64,000 bases of DNA from Vulcanimicrobiota bacterium (GTDB lineage Bacteria; Vulcanimicrobiota; Vulcanimicrobiia; Vulcanimicrobiales; Vulcanimicrobiaceae), in NCBI GenBank assembly GCA_963833095.1, contig CAWHWQ010000004.1, forward strand, positions 1-64,000, written 5' to 3'. The position numbers were made by a program, and so were the translations under genes. Below, piece after piece: positions 32,231 through 42,404 of this stretch. How positions within the stretch are numbered: position 1 is the stretch's first letter; each line of letters opens with the position of its first letter. Below the pieces are notes generated by a model, which ran no database searches, was not told where the DNA came from, and saw only the letters and a list, made by a program, of their open reading frames with translations.

Positions 32231-33696
32231 ACCGCGAGCCCGACTTCGAATCAAGCGCGGACATGCGCCTGCTCGAGTTGCAACGCACGTCGCTAGGCCT
32301 GGTCGCTCCCGAGCGCGCTTCCTGGGAGAGCCGGTATGCCGTCGACTCAACACCCGGCATCGAAGAGCCGGCGGAAGCGGCGAGCGCCCGGAGCGCGATG
32401 CTGGCCATCACCTTGACCGCAACGCCACCCGGTGAGGTGATTCCCGGTACCGTCGTCACCTATGCGCTGAGCATCGTTAACGAAGGCGCTGCACCCGCAA
32501 ACGGGGTCGTTGCCGGAGTGCCTTTGCCGGGCGGCGTCACCTATCGCCTCGGATCGCTCCAGATAAATGGGCGCGCGGCCGACGATAGCGCCGCCGACGC
32601 GCTCTTTGGAGCGGGTCTGGATCTTCGCACCATCGCCGGCGGAAGCCGTGCCGCCCTTATGTGGAAAGTCGGCGTCCGGATGGGCACCAAGCCGCTGCTG
32701 ACGATCCCCCAAGTACGCGCGCGCGATGCCGCCGTCATCGGCGGGGGTCCGCTCACCGTCGAGCGACGAGGCACCCTCGGCGCCTTTGCCGGCGAACTCG
32801 CCGCGGCCGACCGCGCGCTTTTTGAGCCAAGACCGCTGATCCCAGTCGAGATTCCCACCTCGGAGCTGCCGATCTACGAGCTCGACGCAGAAGAGCAGAT
32901 CGTCTACGAAGCCGCCGACGCAGCCCTGTCCGACGCCGCCGCGCGGCCTGCTCCTGCGCCTGAACCGATTTTGGAAACTCTCGCCGAACCGGAACCCAAA
33001 CCGGAACCTGAGCCGCTGCCTGAGCCGTTGCCTGAGCCGCTGCGCGAAGCGGTCGTGCTTTATGGCGGACTCGATCGTCCCACGCTCGCGTTTTTCGAGC
33101 GTGTATTCAACGGATCCAAAGAGCCCACGATCCTCCAACACTGCATATTCGCAAGCGCCTTGGCCTGCGCGGTCGACGTCGACGGGAAAGACGACCTCGG
33201 GCTCAAGGCACACCTTGCGGCGCAATCGCAGATTCTTCATCGCGTCTCGTTGCACGAAAAGCTCGGTAAGAAAGAGCCGATCAGCGAATATTCGGGCCAG
33301 CTCCTCGCCGCTATCGCCGCGATCGCGCCTCGTCCCGTGCGGCCAATCGAATTGCCAAGCAACGAGCGGGTTACGCTTGCCAACGAACTGCACGAGCCCG
33401 CGCTCGCCGTGGTGCGCAAGATCGCCGAAGAGCGCGACCGTTGGGATTTCGTCAAAGCACGCCAACTCACGCTCGCCCTGCAGGCTCAGCGCGCGCTCAT
33501 CGACGACGACGCGCGCGCCGCTTCAATCGACAATGCCCTGCGCTCCTATGCGCAACACTCGATGACCGTATTGCAAAAGCTCTTTGTGCGCTTGCGTATC
33601 GATCGGACCACGGGCGTGCTCTTCCAAACGGATACGGCTCTTGACTCCGCCGCTCGCGTACTGCTCGCCGCATTGGCTGCCGCGCTCACGAATTGA
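32227..33696 (+). CDS. Hypothetical protein with DUF11-like Ig domain, Pro/Glu linker and helical C-terminal domain
   Basis: PGTVVTYALSIVNEG..PA.GV....PLPGGVTY..GSLQING; (PE)n linker; 4-bp overlap with the ATPase. Confidence 0.7.
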   Translation: MNREPDFESSADMRLLELQRTSLGLVAPERASWESRYAVDSTPGIEEPAEAASARSAMLAITLTATPPGEVIPGTVVTYALSIVNEGAAPANGVVAGVPLPGGVTYRLGSLQINGRAADDSAADALFGAGLDLRTIAGGSRAALMWKVGVRMGTKPLLTIPQVRARDAAVIGGGPLTVERRGTLGAFAGELAAADRALFEPRPLIPVEIPTSELPIYELDAEEQIVYEAADAALSDAAARPAPAPEPILETLAEPEPKPEPEPLPEPLPEPLREAVVLYGGLDRPTLAFFERVFNGSKEPTILQHCIFASALACAVDVDGKDDLGLKAHLAAQSQILHRVSLHEKLGKKEPISEYSGQLLAAIAAIAPRPVRPIELPSNERVTLANELHEPALAVVRKIAEERDRWDFVKARQLTLALQAQRALIDDDARAASIDNALRSYAQHSMTVLQKLFVRLRIDRTTGVLFQTDTALDSAARVLLAALAAALTN

Positions 33697-34460
33697 AGCT
33701 GCTTCTCGGAATCCCGAGCGCCGGTTCGCCGGTCGCGCCGTTCCTCGAGAGCGTCGCCCAGCTTCGCCTGCCGCCGTCCGTCACCGTGCTCGAACGCGTG
33801 CTTATAACCGGAAACTTCGTTCCTGCGCAGCGCGATCTCATCGTCGAGCGCGCGCTCGAACGCAATGCCGACGTGCTAATCATGTGCGACGACGACATGG
33901 TGCTCTCGCCCAACGCGTTGGTCGATTTGTGCGCCCTGCTCGAAGCGGATGCGCGCAATGCTCTCGCCGGTGCTCTGTATTACTCGCGGGACAGTTTTCG
34001 TCCGATGGTCGTTGACCGTTGGGACGAAAACGACACGCGCACGGCGGTGATTCCCGCGTTCGATCGTGAGCCGGTTCCCGTCGACGGTGTCGGCTTCGGC
34101 TGTGTGGCGCTACGAGTGAGTGCCCTGCGCGAGCTGATGCCGCCGTATTTCGCGGCCCACGTGTTCATCGAACGCAGCGCCGGCAGGGTGCGCGTATGCG
34201 ACGAGGACTATCTCTTCTGCGCGCGCCTTCGGAAAGCTGGGCATCGCGTGTTTCTCCACCCCGGCGTGCGCTGCGGTCACTACGATCGCCAGTCGAGCGC
34301 CATTGCGCCCAAGGCCTGGGAGCCGCCGGAAATTACGCGACGGGAACGCATGGCCGCGCTGGTTGACGGCCACCCGGTGCTGGTCGAAGCAAGGCCCGCG
34401 CCCACCAGCACGACCGAATCGCACGTTCGCGCGAACGTAGACTACGTGATTGTTCCCTAG
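33693..34460 (+). CDS. GT-A (GT2-like) glycosyltransferase
   Basis: MCDDDM, GVGFGCVAL, EDYLFC, V.CGH. Confidence 0.75.
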   Translation: MKLLLGIPSAGSPVAPFLESVAQLRLPPSVTVLERVLITGNFVPAQRDLIVERALERNADVLIMCDDDMVLSPNALVDLCALLEADARNALAGALYYSRDSFRPMVVDRWDENDTRTAVIPAFDREPVPVDGVGFGCVALRVSALRELMPPYFAAHVFIERSAGRVRVCDEDYLFCARLRKAGHRVFLHPGVRCGHYDRQSSAIAPKAWEPPEITRRERMAALVDGHPVLVEARPAPTSTTESHVRANVDYVIVP

Positions 34461-34834
34461 CGGATTTCGCTGAAAAGCGCCGCCTGATTGCGGCGTTTTC
34501 CGGCAACCGAACGCGCGTAGGACTTCCAACGCGAAATAAGTTGCAAGCGCCCGCCGACCTCATCGTTGAATCGCTGGAGTCGCTTGAGTTGCCACTCCCG
34601 GTACTCTAGGACTCGGCGAACGCGCCCCGCGATTTCTTCGTCGAACTCGGGCGTACGCTCGGGCTGCGCCTCCACCCAGGCGTTCATAACGACGTGGCGC
34701 GCATGGCCCATTGCGGAAAGCAGCGCTTCGAAGGCCGCCCAATCGCAGCGATCGATCAACGGCCCGAGTTCTTTACACTGCCCCTCGAGCATCGCGACGC
34801 CGGAGCGAACTTCATCGAGCAACTTGCTAGCCAA
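34457..34834 (-). CDS. Helical hypothetical protein in the FliT position
   Basis: 125 aa, overlapping the end of fliS; positional inference only. Confidence 0.55.
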   Translation of the reverse strand: MASKLLDEVRSGVAMLEGQCKELGPLIDRCDWAAFEALLSAMGHARHVVMNAWVEAQPERTPEFDEEIAGRVRRVLEYREWQLKRLQRFNDEVGGRLQLISRWKSYARSVAGKRRNQAALFSEIR

Positions 34835-35276
34835 CTGCAGCGAACGTCGACGTCACGCCGTCGCCCCCCGAAAGATTCTTTTGCGCGCGGCGCTGCGCTT
34901 TGAATTGCGTCACCGCGGTGCTCCACGTCTCGCGATATTCCCGGGCGTAGCCCAGAATGCGTTCGACACGTTCGGGATCCTTACGCATATTGGCCATGAC
35001 GAGTTCCTTGTGCCAAAAGCCGTAGACGCGCAGGAGATTCTCTGAAAGTTCGCCGCCGATCTCCATATTCAGCGAACTCATCAGCACCGTACACGCGCGT
35101 TGGGCGCGCAAAAGCGCTTTGTGAATCCCCTCGATGTCATCGCGCTCGTTCACCAGCTTGTCGTGAGCTTGCTGTGAAGCGATGATCAATACGTCGAAGA
35201 TTTTGACGATCAGATCCTCGGGTGCGGCCGTGAGAATCGACGTCTCGAGATAGGTCTGCTCGTTGTTCTTTTTCAT
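34827..35276 (-). CDS. fliS: Flagellin chaperone FliS
   Basis: Y.ETSILTA.PEDLI, LMSSLNME.GGELSENL..VY.F, L..ANM.KD. Confidence 0.9.
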   Translation of the reverse strand: MKKNNEQTYLETSILTAAPEDLIVKIFDVLIIASQQAHDKLVNERDDIEGIHKALLRAQRACTVLMSSLNMEIGGELSENLLRVYGFWHKELVMANMRKDPERVERILGYAREYRETWSTAVTQFKAQRRAQKNLSGGDGVTSTFAAVG

Positions 35277-35285
35277 GATGGTCCG

Positions 35286-37298
35286 CTAGGCGCCCGAACT
35301 CGAAGAACTGCTGCTGCTGGTGGTTGAGAACCCAAAGACCGACGCCAACTCCTGTTGTTCGGCCTGCAGTCCAGCGATTGCCGTTTCACTTGCCACAAAC
35401 CCGTCGCGCAGGGAGGTGGCTTGCGCGTTGGCCTCGTCGGTGATCTGCGAAACCTGCTGCTGGAGGGTCGTAATCGTGTCGGTGTTGCCGTTTTCGAAGT
35501 TCTGAATGAGCGATACCGCCGGTACATACCCCACCGGCCCGCTGTTGAGGAGCGTCGGACTGCCGGTCACCGATGCAAGATACGATCCGAGCTCTTGGGT
35601 CAAGCTGCTGGCGCCGACGAGCAGGTTCTGCACGGCATTGGGATTGCTCGCGTACGCGTGCAAGAACGCCGAAACGTTGAGCGGCGCGAGCGTTCCGTTC
35701 GCTCCGTCGACGGTTTGGTTCTGGACGGGCGTGCTGTTCGGACCGCCCTGCTGGTCGATACTCGTCGCCTGCACCGTCGTAAACGAGCTGGCGAGCAACA
35801 GACCCGCCTGCGCGAGCGAGTTATAACTCTTATCGGTGCCGAGGAAGCCGCCAACGATGTTTTCGAATTCCGAAATGATAGAACCCACATCGGAATTGCC
35901 CCAGAGGACGCCTCCGGGCACGGATTGCGCGGTGGCGTTCGTGCCGGGCTGAATCGCGAGGACGATCGGCGGCGCGGTCGCCGTATTGATTTCGTTGACC
36001 GCCGCATTGTACGTAGAAACGAACGCTTGGAGCGTCGAGACCAGTAACGTCGTATTCTGCGTGACATCGAGCGTGAACGCGGAAGTCGTGTTGCCGGTAA
36101 TCGAAAGCGAGAGCCCCGGAAGCGCGTTGGTGACCGTGTTCGAGTTTCCGTAATAGGTACTCGACGTCCCGTCGGGATTCTCGACCGTGATCGCCGACTG
36201 CTGACCCACGGTCGTCTTCGCGCCGCTCGCCGCCGTCAAGCCCGATGCAGTCAGGAAATTGCTGGTATCGCCGGATGCCCCGAGCACGATGCTCTGCGGC
36301 CCTGAGTTGGCGTTCGTGAGCTGGATCTGACCGGTTACGGAGTTGAAGACCGCGGTCACGCCGGCGGTACTGCTGTTGATTGCGCCGAGGATATCGCGGA
36401 GGTTCTCGGTTCCCGACACGCTGATCTTGACGCCATTGATGGTGAACGTCCCGGACGTCACCGGCGTCACAAAACCGGCGTTCGCTCCCGAATTGAAGTC
36501 CGCGTCCGGATTGATCCCACCGACGTTACCCGTACCGGAAATCGAGGCCGAACTGCCACTATTGAGCAACTGCGCATTGCTCAACTGAAGAACGCTGAGC
36601 AAATTCCCTTGATCCTGATTACTGCCGAGGGAAATCTGCTGGTCACTCGAGGTAAAATCGACGACGCCGTTAACGAGGGTCGCTAGGAAACCAGCATCCG
36701 CCTTCGAGTCCACCTGCGTCGTGATATTGTGCAAAATCGCATCGAGCGACTGCGAATCGACGTTGTAAGAAATCTGCACGCCGTCGACCGTGACCGATCC
36801 GTTTCCGTTGGTCCCGTTCTGCGGCACGACTCTTGCGTAGGAATAGGCGAGCGGCACCGTGTCGGATGCCTGACCGGCGTACGTTCCGCTGGTAATCGTG
36901 TCGGTGATCGAGTGCCCGGCGCTCGCGCTGGAAAGTATCGACGTGTTCGTCGCTGCTTTGACGCTGTCGATCGTGTAGAGTCCCGGCGTGGCGGTCACGC
37001 CCGGAATGCCGGTGGCCGTCAGCGCCCCAGTGTCGCCCGAGCTCGCTTGATAGGTCGAGAACAAGTTGGGGTCCGAAAGATTGCCGAGAGCGTTTTGCAC
37101 CGACGCGACGAGATTACTGATCTTGATCAGTTCGGCGTTGGCATTATTGAGCGTCGCGATCTGCGCGTTGAGCAGAGTCGTCGGCGCAAGGCTCAACTGC
37201 GTCAGTTTGGAGATGATCGCGTTGTAATCGATGCCGGAAACGATCCCGGGGAACGAGATCGGAGCGGTGGTGCCGTAGACGGGGCTATTGCTTGACAC
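35286..37298 (-). CDS. fliD: Flagellar filament cap FliD
   Basis: ISFPGIVSGID...IISKL N-terminus, SNTVTNALPGLSL, FVSTYN; position between flaG and fliS. Confidence 0.9.
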   Translation of the reverse strand: MSSNSPVYGTTAPISFPGIVSGIDYNAIISKLTQLSLAPTTLLNAQIATLNNANAELIKISNLVASVQNALGNLSDPNLFSTYQASSGDTGALTATGIPGVTATPGLYTIDSVKAATNTSILSSASAGHSITDTITSGTYAGQASDTVPLAYSYARVVPQNGTNGNGSVTVDGVQISYNVDSQSLDAILHNITTQVDSKADAGFLATLVNGVVDFTSSDQQISLGSNQDQGNLLSVLQLSNAQLLNSGSSASISGTGNVGGINPDADFNSGANAGFVTPVTSGTFTINGVKISVSGTENLRDILGAINSSTAGVTAVFNSVTGQIQLTNANSGPQSIVLGASGDTSNFLTASGLTAASGAKTTVGQQSAITVENPDGTSSTYYGNSNTVTNALPGLSLSITGNTTSAFTLDVTQNTTLLVSTLQAFVSTYNAAVNEINTATAPPIVLAIQPGTNATAQSVPGGVLWGNSDVGSIISEFENIVGGFLGTDKSYNSLAQAGLLLASSFTTVQATSIDQQGGPNSTPVQNQTVDGANGTLAPLNVSAFLHAYASNPNAVQNLLVGASSLTQELGSYLASVTGSPTLLNSGPVGYVPAVSLIQNFENGNTDTITTLQQQVSQITDEANAQATSLRDGFVASETAIAGLQAEQQELASVFGFSTTSSSSSSSSGA

Positions 37299-37306
37299 AG
37301 TATCCC

Positions 37307-37684
37307 TTAGACTTTGCGGTCGAGAGTGACGCCGTCGATTTGATCGAAGAACTCAGCAAGTCCGATCAGCTCCTGCGGCGGAAATTGCGCGACCTCTTCA
37401 CCCGTCTGCGGATTAGTGAAGACGGTCACGACGAGTTGAAGCTCGCTAACGTACTTATACGAAATCGCGAGCTGCGGTTGACCCGAAGAGCCTGATGAAA
37501 CGTTGTATAGCTTTGCGACTGCGGCTGCAATCGTCGATCCTTCAACAGGCTTAGGCTGTTGTGGGCCGGCGGACGGCAAACCCGAAGAGGTCGCCGGCGC
37601 CTGTGGCGCAGCAGCAACACCTGCAGTTTGGGCAGTGCCTTCGCCAGGCCCGCTCGTGGCCGGGGCGACGGTCGGAACGTCCAT
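37307..37684 (-). CDS. flaG: FlaG-family protein
   Basis: VVTV.NPQTGEEVAQFPPQEL...G..LDRKV C-terminus, upstream of fliD. Confidence 0.8.
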   Translation of the reverse strand: MDVPTVAPATSGPGEGTAQTAGVAAAPQAPATSSGLPSAGPQQPKPVEGSTIAAAVAKLYNVSSGSSGQPQLAISYKYVSELQLVVTVFTNPQTGEEVAQFPPQELIGLAEFFDQIDGVTLDRKV

Positions 37685-37826
37685 GTTTACAATCCTTTTC
37701 CCGCTACTATACGTCTTCGACCCATGCGAGGGACTATATTAGCCGTGGTCCGGCGGCGCGTCCCGGGGCCGCCCAAAAGCGGCTGAAGGCCTGGAGCACA
37801 GGATGTGCGTCCGACCCGAACCATCT

Positions 37827-39803
37827 CTATACCGTCTTGACCGCCGCAGCCTCCGCGTAAGCCCCCAAAACACCCTGGAGAGAGCGGAGCGGGTCGCACA
37901 GTTGGGTGGTCCGTTCGGCGACCTGGTAGCCTACCGCGGGAGCTCGCATCCAAGCCTGGCGCAGCACGGTCGTCGCACTCTCGAGCGATGCGGGGTCGGC
38001 CCCTCCGGCCAGCTCAGGCCAGAGTTCGCTGAGGGCGAGTGCCGTGGAGAGGACCGGCATGACCCCGTGGCTTGCAGCTCGGACGATGCGTGCGGCCCCG
38101 TGTCCTGCCCACCCAAGGTCAGCATAGACGCGCGCGCCGCCATAGAGCGCTTCGAGCTGTCCGGCAGAGAGCGATTCATCCGGGAGCCAGATCACGCCGG
38201 GTCCGGCCGCTTCGAGAAGGCTCTGGTAATACTCGGCATTCTCGACGGTTCCCACGAGGACGCACGCAGCACCGATCGAGGCCGCAGCGCGCATCGCGAT
38301 CCACTGATTTGCTCGGGGTTCGACCGCCGCATGGATAAGGACGTATTCATCCGTGCCGCACAGGGCCCCGATAGGCTCGGGAGCCATTGGGGGCGCGGGA
38401 ACGCAGGGTACCAAGCGGGATGGACCGGCAAAGCCGAAGCGCGAGCGCACTTCCGCTTCCTCGGCCCGGGTTGCGAAAATCGCCGCTCGGCACTGCGCGA
38501 ACATCCTTCGCAAGAGCGCATCATCGTAAGCGGGCTTCCCTCGTGCCGAATCCGCATCGGTCACGATCAGACGAGCGGCCAGTCCGCGCTCGATCGACTG
38601 CTGCGTCGCCTCGTCGCGGATGCCCGAGAGCATCGTGCGAATTGCCGACGTTCCCCAAAGCGACTCGTTGGCAAAGTCGTCGAACAACGGCGTCGCCACA
38701 ATGGGAATGTCGAGACGTTTCGCTTCGCCGAGCATGTATTCGAACTGCTGCACGTGACGATGTCCGAAGAAATGGACCAAGTCGCATCCTTCCGCGCGCG
38801 CGGCCGACGCAACGGTCAATCGCGCATCGAATCCCTGGGCTTGCAACGCTTCGGCGAGAGCGCGCGCTTGGTCAACGTCGGCCTCGGGCGCAATGAGTCC
38901 GTCATCACGAATCACAATAGCGATACGACCTGCGGAGCCGCCGATAACCGGTGCGGCGCTCAGCCGGTTCGCACGCAAAATCGGGTCGCGGGCGCGAACG
39001 AAGAAGCGCCGCGCCGGCGCTGCATCGGCAACGTCGAACGAACATGCGAGCAACGGAAAGACGGGCCGCGCGAGCGTAACCTCAGTGTCGCCCTCCATCG
39101 GTGCTTCAAGAGCGATCGATACCGTCGAGCTACTCGACCCAGCCGCAGAAATGTCGACGTCAAAGCTCGCGCGCGGGATCTCACCGTAGATGCCGATCCC
39201 ATACCACGATCGCGCGAGTTCGTTACGCGCCGCCGAGCCAAGATCCGCGTGCACGGTGTTTGCGACGCGCGCCAGCAACGAGGCCCCAAAGGATCCGTCG
39301 TCCGATGAAATGCCGACGCGCCTCCCCGTAGCGAACCGCTGCGCGTACACGTAGGGCGCAACATCGGTCAACACCTCATCCACCGGGGCGGCGCAAAGGA
39401 AACGCGCCGCTCGAGCCGACTCGAAGATTGCGCGCGCCTGCGCATCGTCAGTAAAGAACCCGATGACCTCCTCTTCGAGTGATCCGAGCAGCGTATGCGC
39501 GAGCAGCCACGGCTCGAGCAGCGCCTCTAAGGCCGCCACAGCCAGGGCTTCGCACGGAAGCCACAACGGCCAGATGAACGGGCTTGCCTCACGAACGAAG
39601 ACCATCGGCGGATCGATTTGCACAAACGGAAGCAGCGCGATTTCGCCGTCACGCGAAAAAACGAGATCGATCCAGCCCTCGCCCCAAGGATAGAACGACG
39701 GCTGCAATCGGGCGGCGACCAAGTATGGCGCGCCCACGACCCGGGCAAAACGGCCCGGCTCGATAAATGGCGCGAAGCGCGAGAGCAGCGCGTGACGCCT
39801 CAC
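37827..39803 (-). CDS. GT4-like glycosyltransferase fusion with a degenerate methyltransferase-like N-terminal part
   Basis: CDLVHFFG, IPIVATP, AAVEPRANQ, L..LYGGARVY; N-terminal YVYAQRFATGRRV...GSFGASLLA. Confidence 0.6.
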   Translation of the reverse strand: MRRHALLSRFAPFIEPGRFARVVGAPYLVAARLQPSFYPWGEGWIDLVFSRDGEIALLPFVQIDPPMVFVREASPFIWPLWLPCEALAVAALEALLEPWLLAHTLLGSLEEEVIGFFTDDAQARAIFESARAARFLCAAPVDEVLTDVAPYVYAQRFATGRRVGISSDDGSFGASLLARVANTVHADLGSAARNELARSWYGIGIYGEIPRASFDVDISAAGSSSSTVSIALEAPMEGDTEVTLARPVFPLLACSFDVADAAPARRFFVRARDPILRANRLSAAPVIGGSAGRIAIVIRDDGLIAPEADVDQARALAEALQAQGFDARLTVASAARAEGCDLVHFFGHRHVQQFEYMLGEAKRLDIPIVATPLFDDFANESLWGTSAIRTMLSGIRDEATQQSIERGLAARLIVTDADSARGKPAYDDALLRRMFAQCRAAIFATRAEEAEVRSRFGFAGPSRLVPCVPAPPMAPEPIGALCGTDEYVLIHAAVEPRANQWIAMRAAASIGAACVLVGTVENAEYYQSLLEAAGPGVIWLPDESLSAGQLEALYGGARVYADLGWAGHGAARIVRAASHGVMPVLSTALALSELWPELAGGADPASLESATTVLRQAWMRAPAVGYQVAERTTQLCDPLRSLQGVLGAYAEAAAVKTV

Positions 39804-42397
39804 GACGCGCGTTCCCGCACGATTCGGCGTAGGGCGCTTGGACTGCGATCGGTGAGCGACGCAATGTCGATCCAGCGAGCATCATCGGCATACGCAGCCC
39901 ATTCCCGGTCGTCGTCGTAATCGGCGATGTCGATGTCCGCGCAGTCTTGGGCAGTCACCTCAGCCTTTTCGAGAATGCGTTCGACGCGCGCGGCAATCGC
40001 ATGCGCGTGGGGCTCGCCGAAGGCACCGATAGCCAACAGGACGCCGTCGTCGACTTTAAACGCGGTCGCGAAGCGGCGCACGAATTGAGCCGCCGCGTTC
40101 CAATCTGCCTCGTTGCGAACGGCGATCCCGAAAACGGTCCGGGCCGACGCAAAACCGGCCGGCTCGGTGGCAACCGCGGTTGCAACCTGGGGCTCACGTT
40201 CTTTGGGGAAGGGCAGGAAGTGCTCGGAGCGCACGAACCCGCGGGCATGTATCTGCGCGCCGCGATAGCCCTGGGCGGGAATGGGACCACTCATGCCCCA
40301 TTTCTTCGCAAACCGCGCCCAGTTTTCGTTCATCGTAGCGCGGTAATCGACGTTATTTGCGGCAAACGAGCGGCTACCAAAATGGTGGATGAAGACGTCG
40401 TCGCACACGTAGATCCAATATCCGGCGGCACGCACGCGCATGCAATAATCGTCGTCCTCGAAATTGCCGATAGCGTAGCGTTCGTCGAGTGCACCGACTT
40501 GCTCGAGCACCTCTCGGCTAATGCACCAACAGAACCCGATCGCTCGATCGGTGATGTAGCCCTTCTCGGCGAATTCCCGCCGGCGCTGCAACGAGAATGC
40601 TTGCATCTCGGATTCATCGCGGTACTGGACGCTGGGAAGCTGTTGATCGCCCGTCACGAGATTACTGCGCGGCGCCGAAATGCCGAGACCGGGCAAACGC
40701 CTGAACGCATCGACGAGGCCGTCGGCCCAACCCGGCGTCACGATGACGTCGTTATTGAGGACGATCACGTAATCGCCACGCGCGTGCGCGATCCCGTCGT
40801 TGTTCCCTCCGGAGAACCCGCGATTGGTCTTGTTATAAATGATGCGCACGTGCGGATCGTCGATCGTCGCCAGCGCTTTGAGCGTCTCGGGACCCGACCC
40901 GTTATCGACGACGATCACTTCGTACGGCTCCGCGGTGTGCTCCCGAATCGACTGCAGGGCCTTGATCGTAAACTCCGGCGCGTTCCAACTCAACGTAACG
41001 ATCGAAACGAGGCCGCGCTGAAATGCCGGCCTTCCCCGTAGAACTCGCTCGATCGCCGCCGGATCGCGGTCGAACGCGTCAGGATGCGCAGTCGGTCCCA
41101 TTGTTGCCATCGGCCGGACGCCGATCGTGCCGCGTTCGCGTTGCAGCGACCGCGTGAGCAGATCGACCATTGCAGCATCCAGCGTAAGCCCTTCACGCAG
41201 CTCCAGGCCTTGCGGAAACTGCCGTAGACGCAGCAGCACGCAGCGCGCGTCGCTTGCAACGAGCGGCTGATGCGGATCGCGCTCGACGCCCTCGGCGAAG
41301 GTTGCAGCCGCGGCGTTGATCGGCGTCGTCACGCGCGCGAGCAGTTCATCGAGCCATCCCGGTTCCACGTGCGTATCGGCGCGAACCAGCGCCACGAACC
41401 GCTCGCCGCGTAGTTCCATCAATGCGCGCGCGCGCTCGACCGCATCGCGCTTCCCAGCCCAATGCACTTTACCAATCGGTGTGCGAACCGCGCGCAGCCG
41501 GCGCTCAAATTCGGGCCGGTTGAATTCCTCGGATACGTCGTGAACCAGAACCTCAACCGGGTGCTCGACCGGCCACAAGAACAGGCTCATGCCACCGTTC
41601 CCACTCCGTCGTAGCCCCTCGATCTTGCCTGAATCCACCCAAGCCCGCGGTGCGTCGTGGGCAACGCGATCGCGCCAGCGCTCGGCCAGGAGCTGCAGGT
41701 TTGCCTGCGTGCGGCGGAAGCGCTGCGATCCGGATTTCGATTCGTAGTGGAAGAGCGTCGCGGCCGGCTCGTACACCACGCGCAGCCCGCGCTTGCGCAC
41801 GTTGAGACAGTAGTCGACGTCTTCGTAGCCGTTCCAGTACGCCTCGTCGAGGCCGCCCAGGTCGAGATAGAGCGCGCGCGGCGTCGCCATGCAGGCGCCG
41901 GTCACGATCTGATAATCGCGCCGCACGTTCGCTTCGGGTGTGTTCCCCGGCTCGTGGACGAGATAATGAAACGGATAGAGCCCGGATGCGCTAAACGGCC
42001 ACCAGCGAACCAGAACGCCGGCGTGTTGGATCGTTCGGTTCTCAAAGAGCAGCTTTGCTCCAACCACACCGACGGCCGGGTCGTCAAACAAGCGCATCAT
42101 CGGCGTGAGCCACTGAGTGATCGGTTCGGTGTCGTTGTTGAGTAGCACCAGGATGCGCCCGCGCGCTTCGCGCGCGCCTTGATTGTTTGCCCCGGCGAAA
42201 CCGAGGTTCTTCTCGTTGTGAATCACCCGGATCCAGGGAAAGCTCGCGAGCACTTCCGGCGTGTGATCGGTCGACGCATTGTCGATGACAATTACTTCAC
42301 CATCACCCGCTCCGGCGAGGGAGGGCTGCAGCTTGGCCAGGCAATTGCGGGTCAGTTCCGCCTTGTTGAAGACGGGAATGATGATCGAATAGTCCAC
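39800..42397 (-). CDS. Multidomain GT2 glycosyltransferase (two intact GT2 domains)
   Basis: SIIIP...DNAS.D...LNND...EDVDYC, and again SIVTL...DNGS...LNND...EDDDYC. Confidence 0.9.
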   Translation of the reverse strand: MDYSIIIPVFNKAELTRNCLAKLQPSLAGAGDGEVIVIDNASTDHTPEVLASFPWIRVIHNEKNLGFAGANNQGAREARGRILVLLNNDTEPITQWLTPMMRLFDDPAVGVVGAKLLFENRTIQHAGVLVRWWPFSASGLYPFHYLVHEPGNTPEANVRRDYQIVTGACMATPRALYLDLGGLDEAYWNGYEDVDYCLNVRKRGLRVVYEPAATLFHYESKSGSQRFRRTQANLQLLAERWRDRVAHDAPRAWVDSGKIEGLRRSGNGGMSLFLWPVEHPVEVLVHDVSEEFNRPEFERRLRAVRTPIGKVHWAGKRDAVERARALMELRGERFVALVRADTHVEPGWLDELLARVTTPINAAAATFAEGVERDPHQPLVASDARCVLLRLRQFPQGLELREGLTLDAAMVDLLTRSLQRERGTIGVRPMATMGPTAHPDAFDRDPAAIERVLRGRPAFQRGLVSIVTLSWNAPEFTIKALQSIREHTAEPYEVIVVDNGSGPETLKALATIDDPHVRIIYNKTNRGFSGGNNDGIAHARGDYVIVLNNDVIVTPGWADGLVDAFRRLPGLGISAPRSNLVTGDQQLPSVQYRDESEMQAFSLQRRREFAEKGYITDRAIGFCWCISREVLEQVGALDERYAIGNFEDDDYCMRVRAAGYWIYVCDDVFIHHFGSRSFAANNVDYRATMNENWARFAKKWGMSGPIPAQGYRGAQIHARGFVRSEHFLPFPKEREPQVATAVATEPAGFASARTVFGIAVRNEADWNAAAQFVRRFATAFKVDDGVLLAIGAFGEPHAHAIAARVERILEKAEVTAQDCADIDIADYDDDREWAAYADDARWIDIASLTDRSPSALRRIVRERAS

Positions 42398-42404
42398 GGA
42401 TTCG

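Noticed and set aside
37713..37742. sigma28 promoter for flaG-fliD-fliS
   Set aside because: The best match (GTCGAAGA with an AT-rich -35) is too degenerate to call, although biologically expected.
37803..39308. Long antisense ORFs (also 26674-27768, 28621-29583, 39947-41041, 55166-56224)
   Set aside because: Shadows of well-supported opposite-strand genes in GC-rich DNA; no recognisable motifs.
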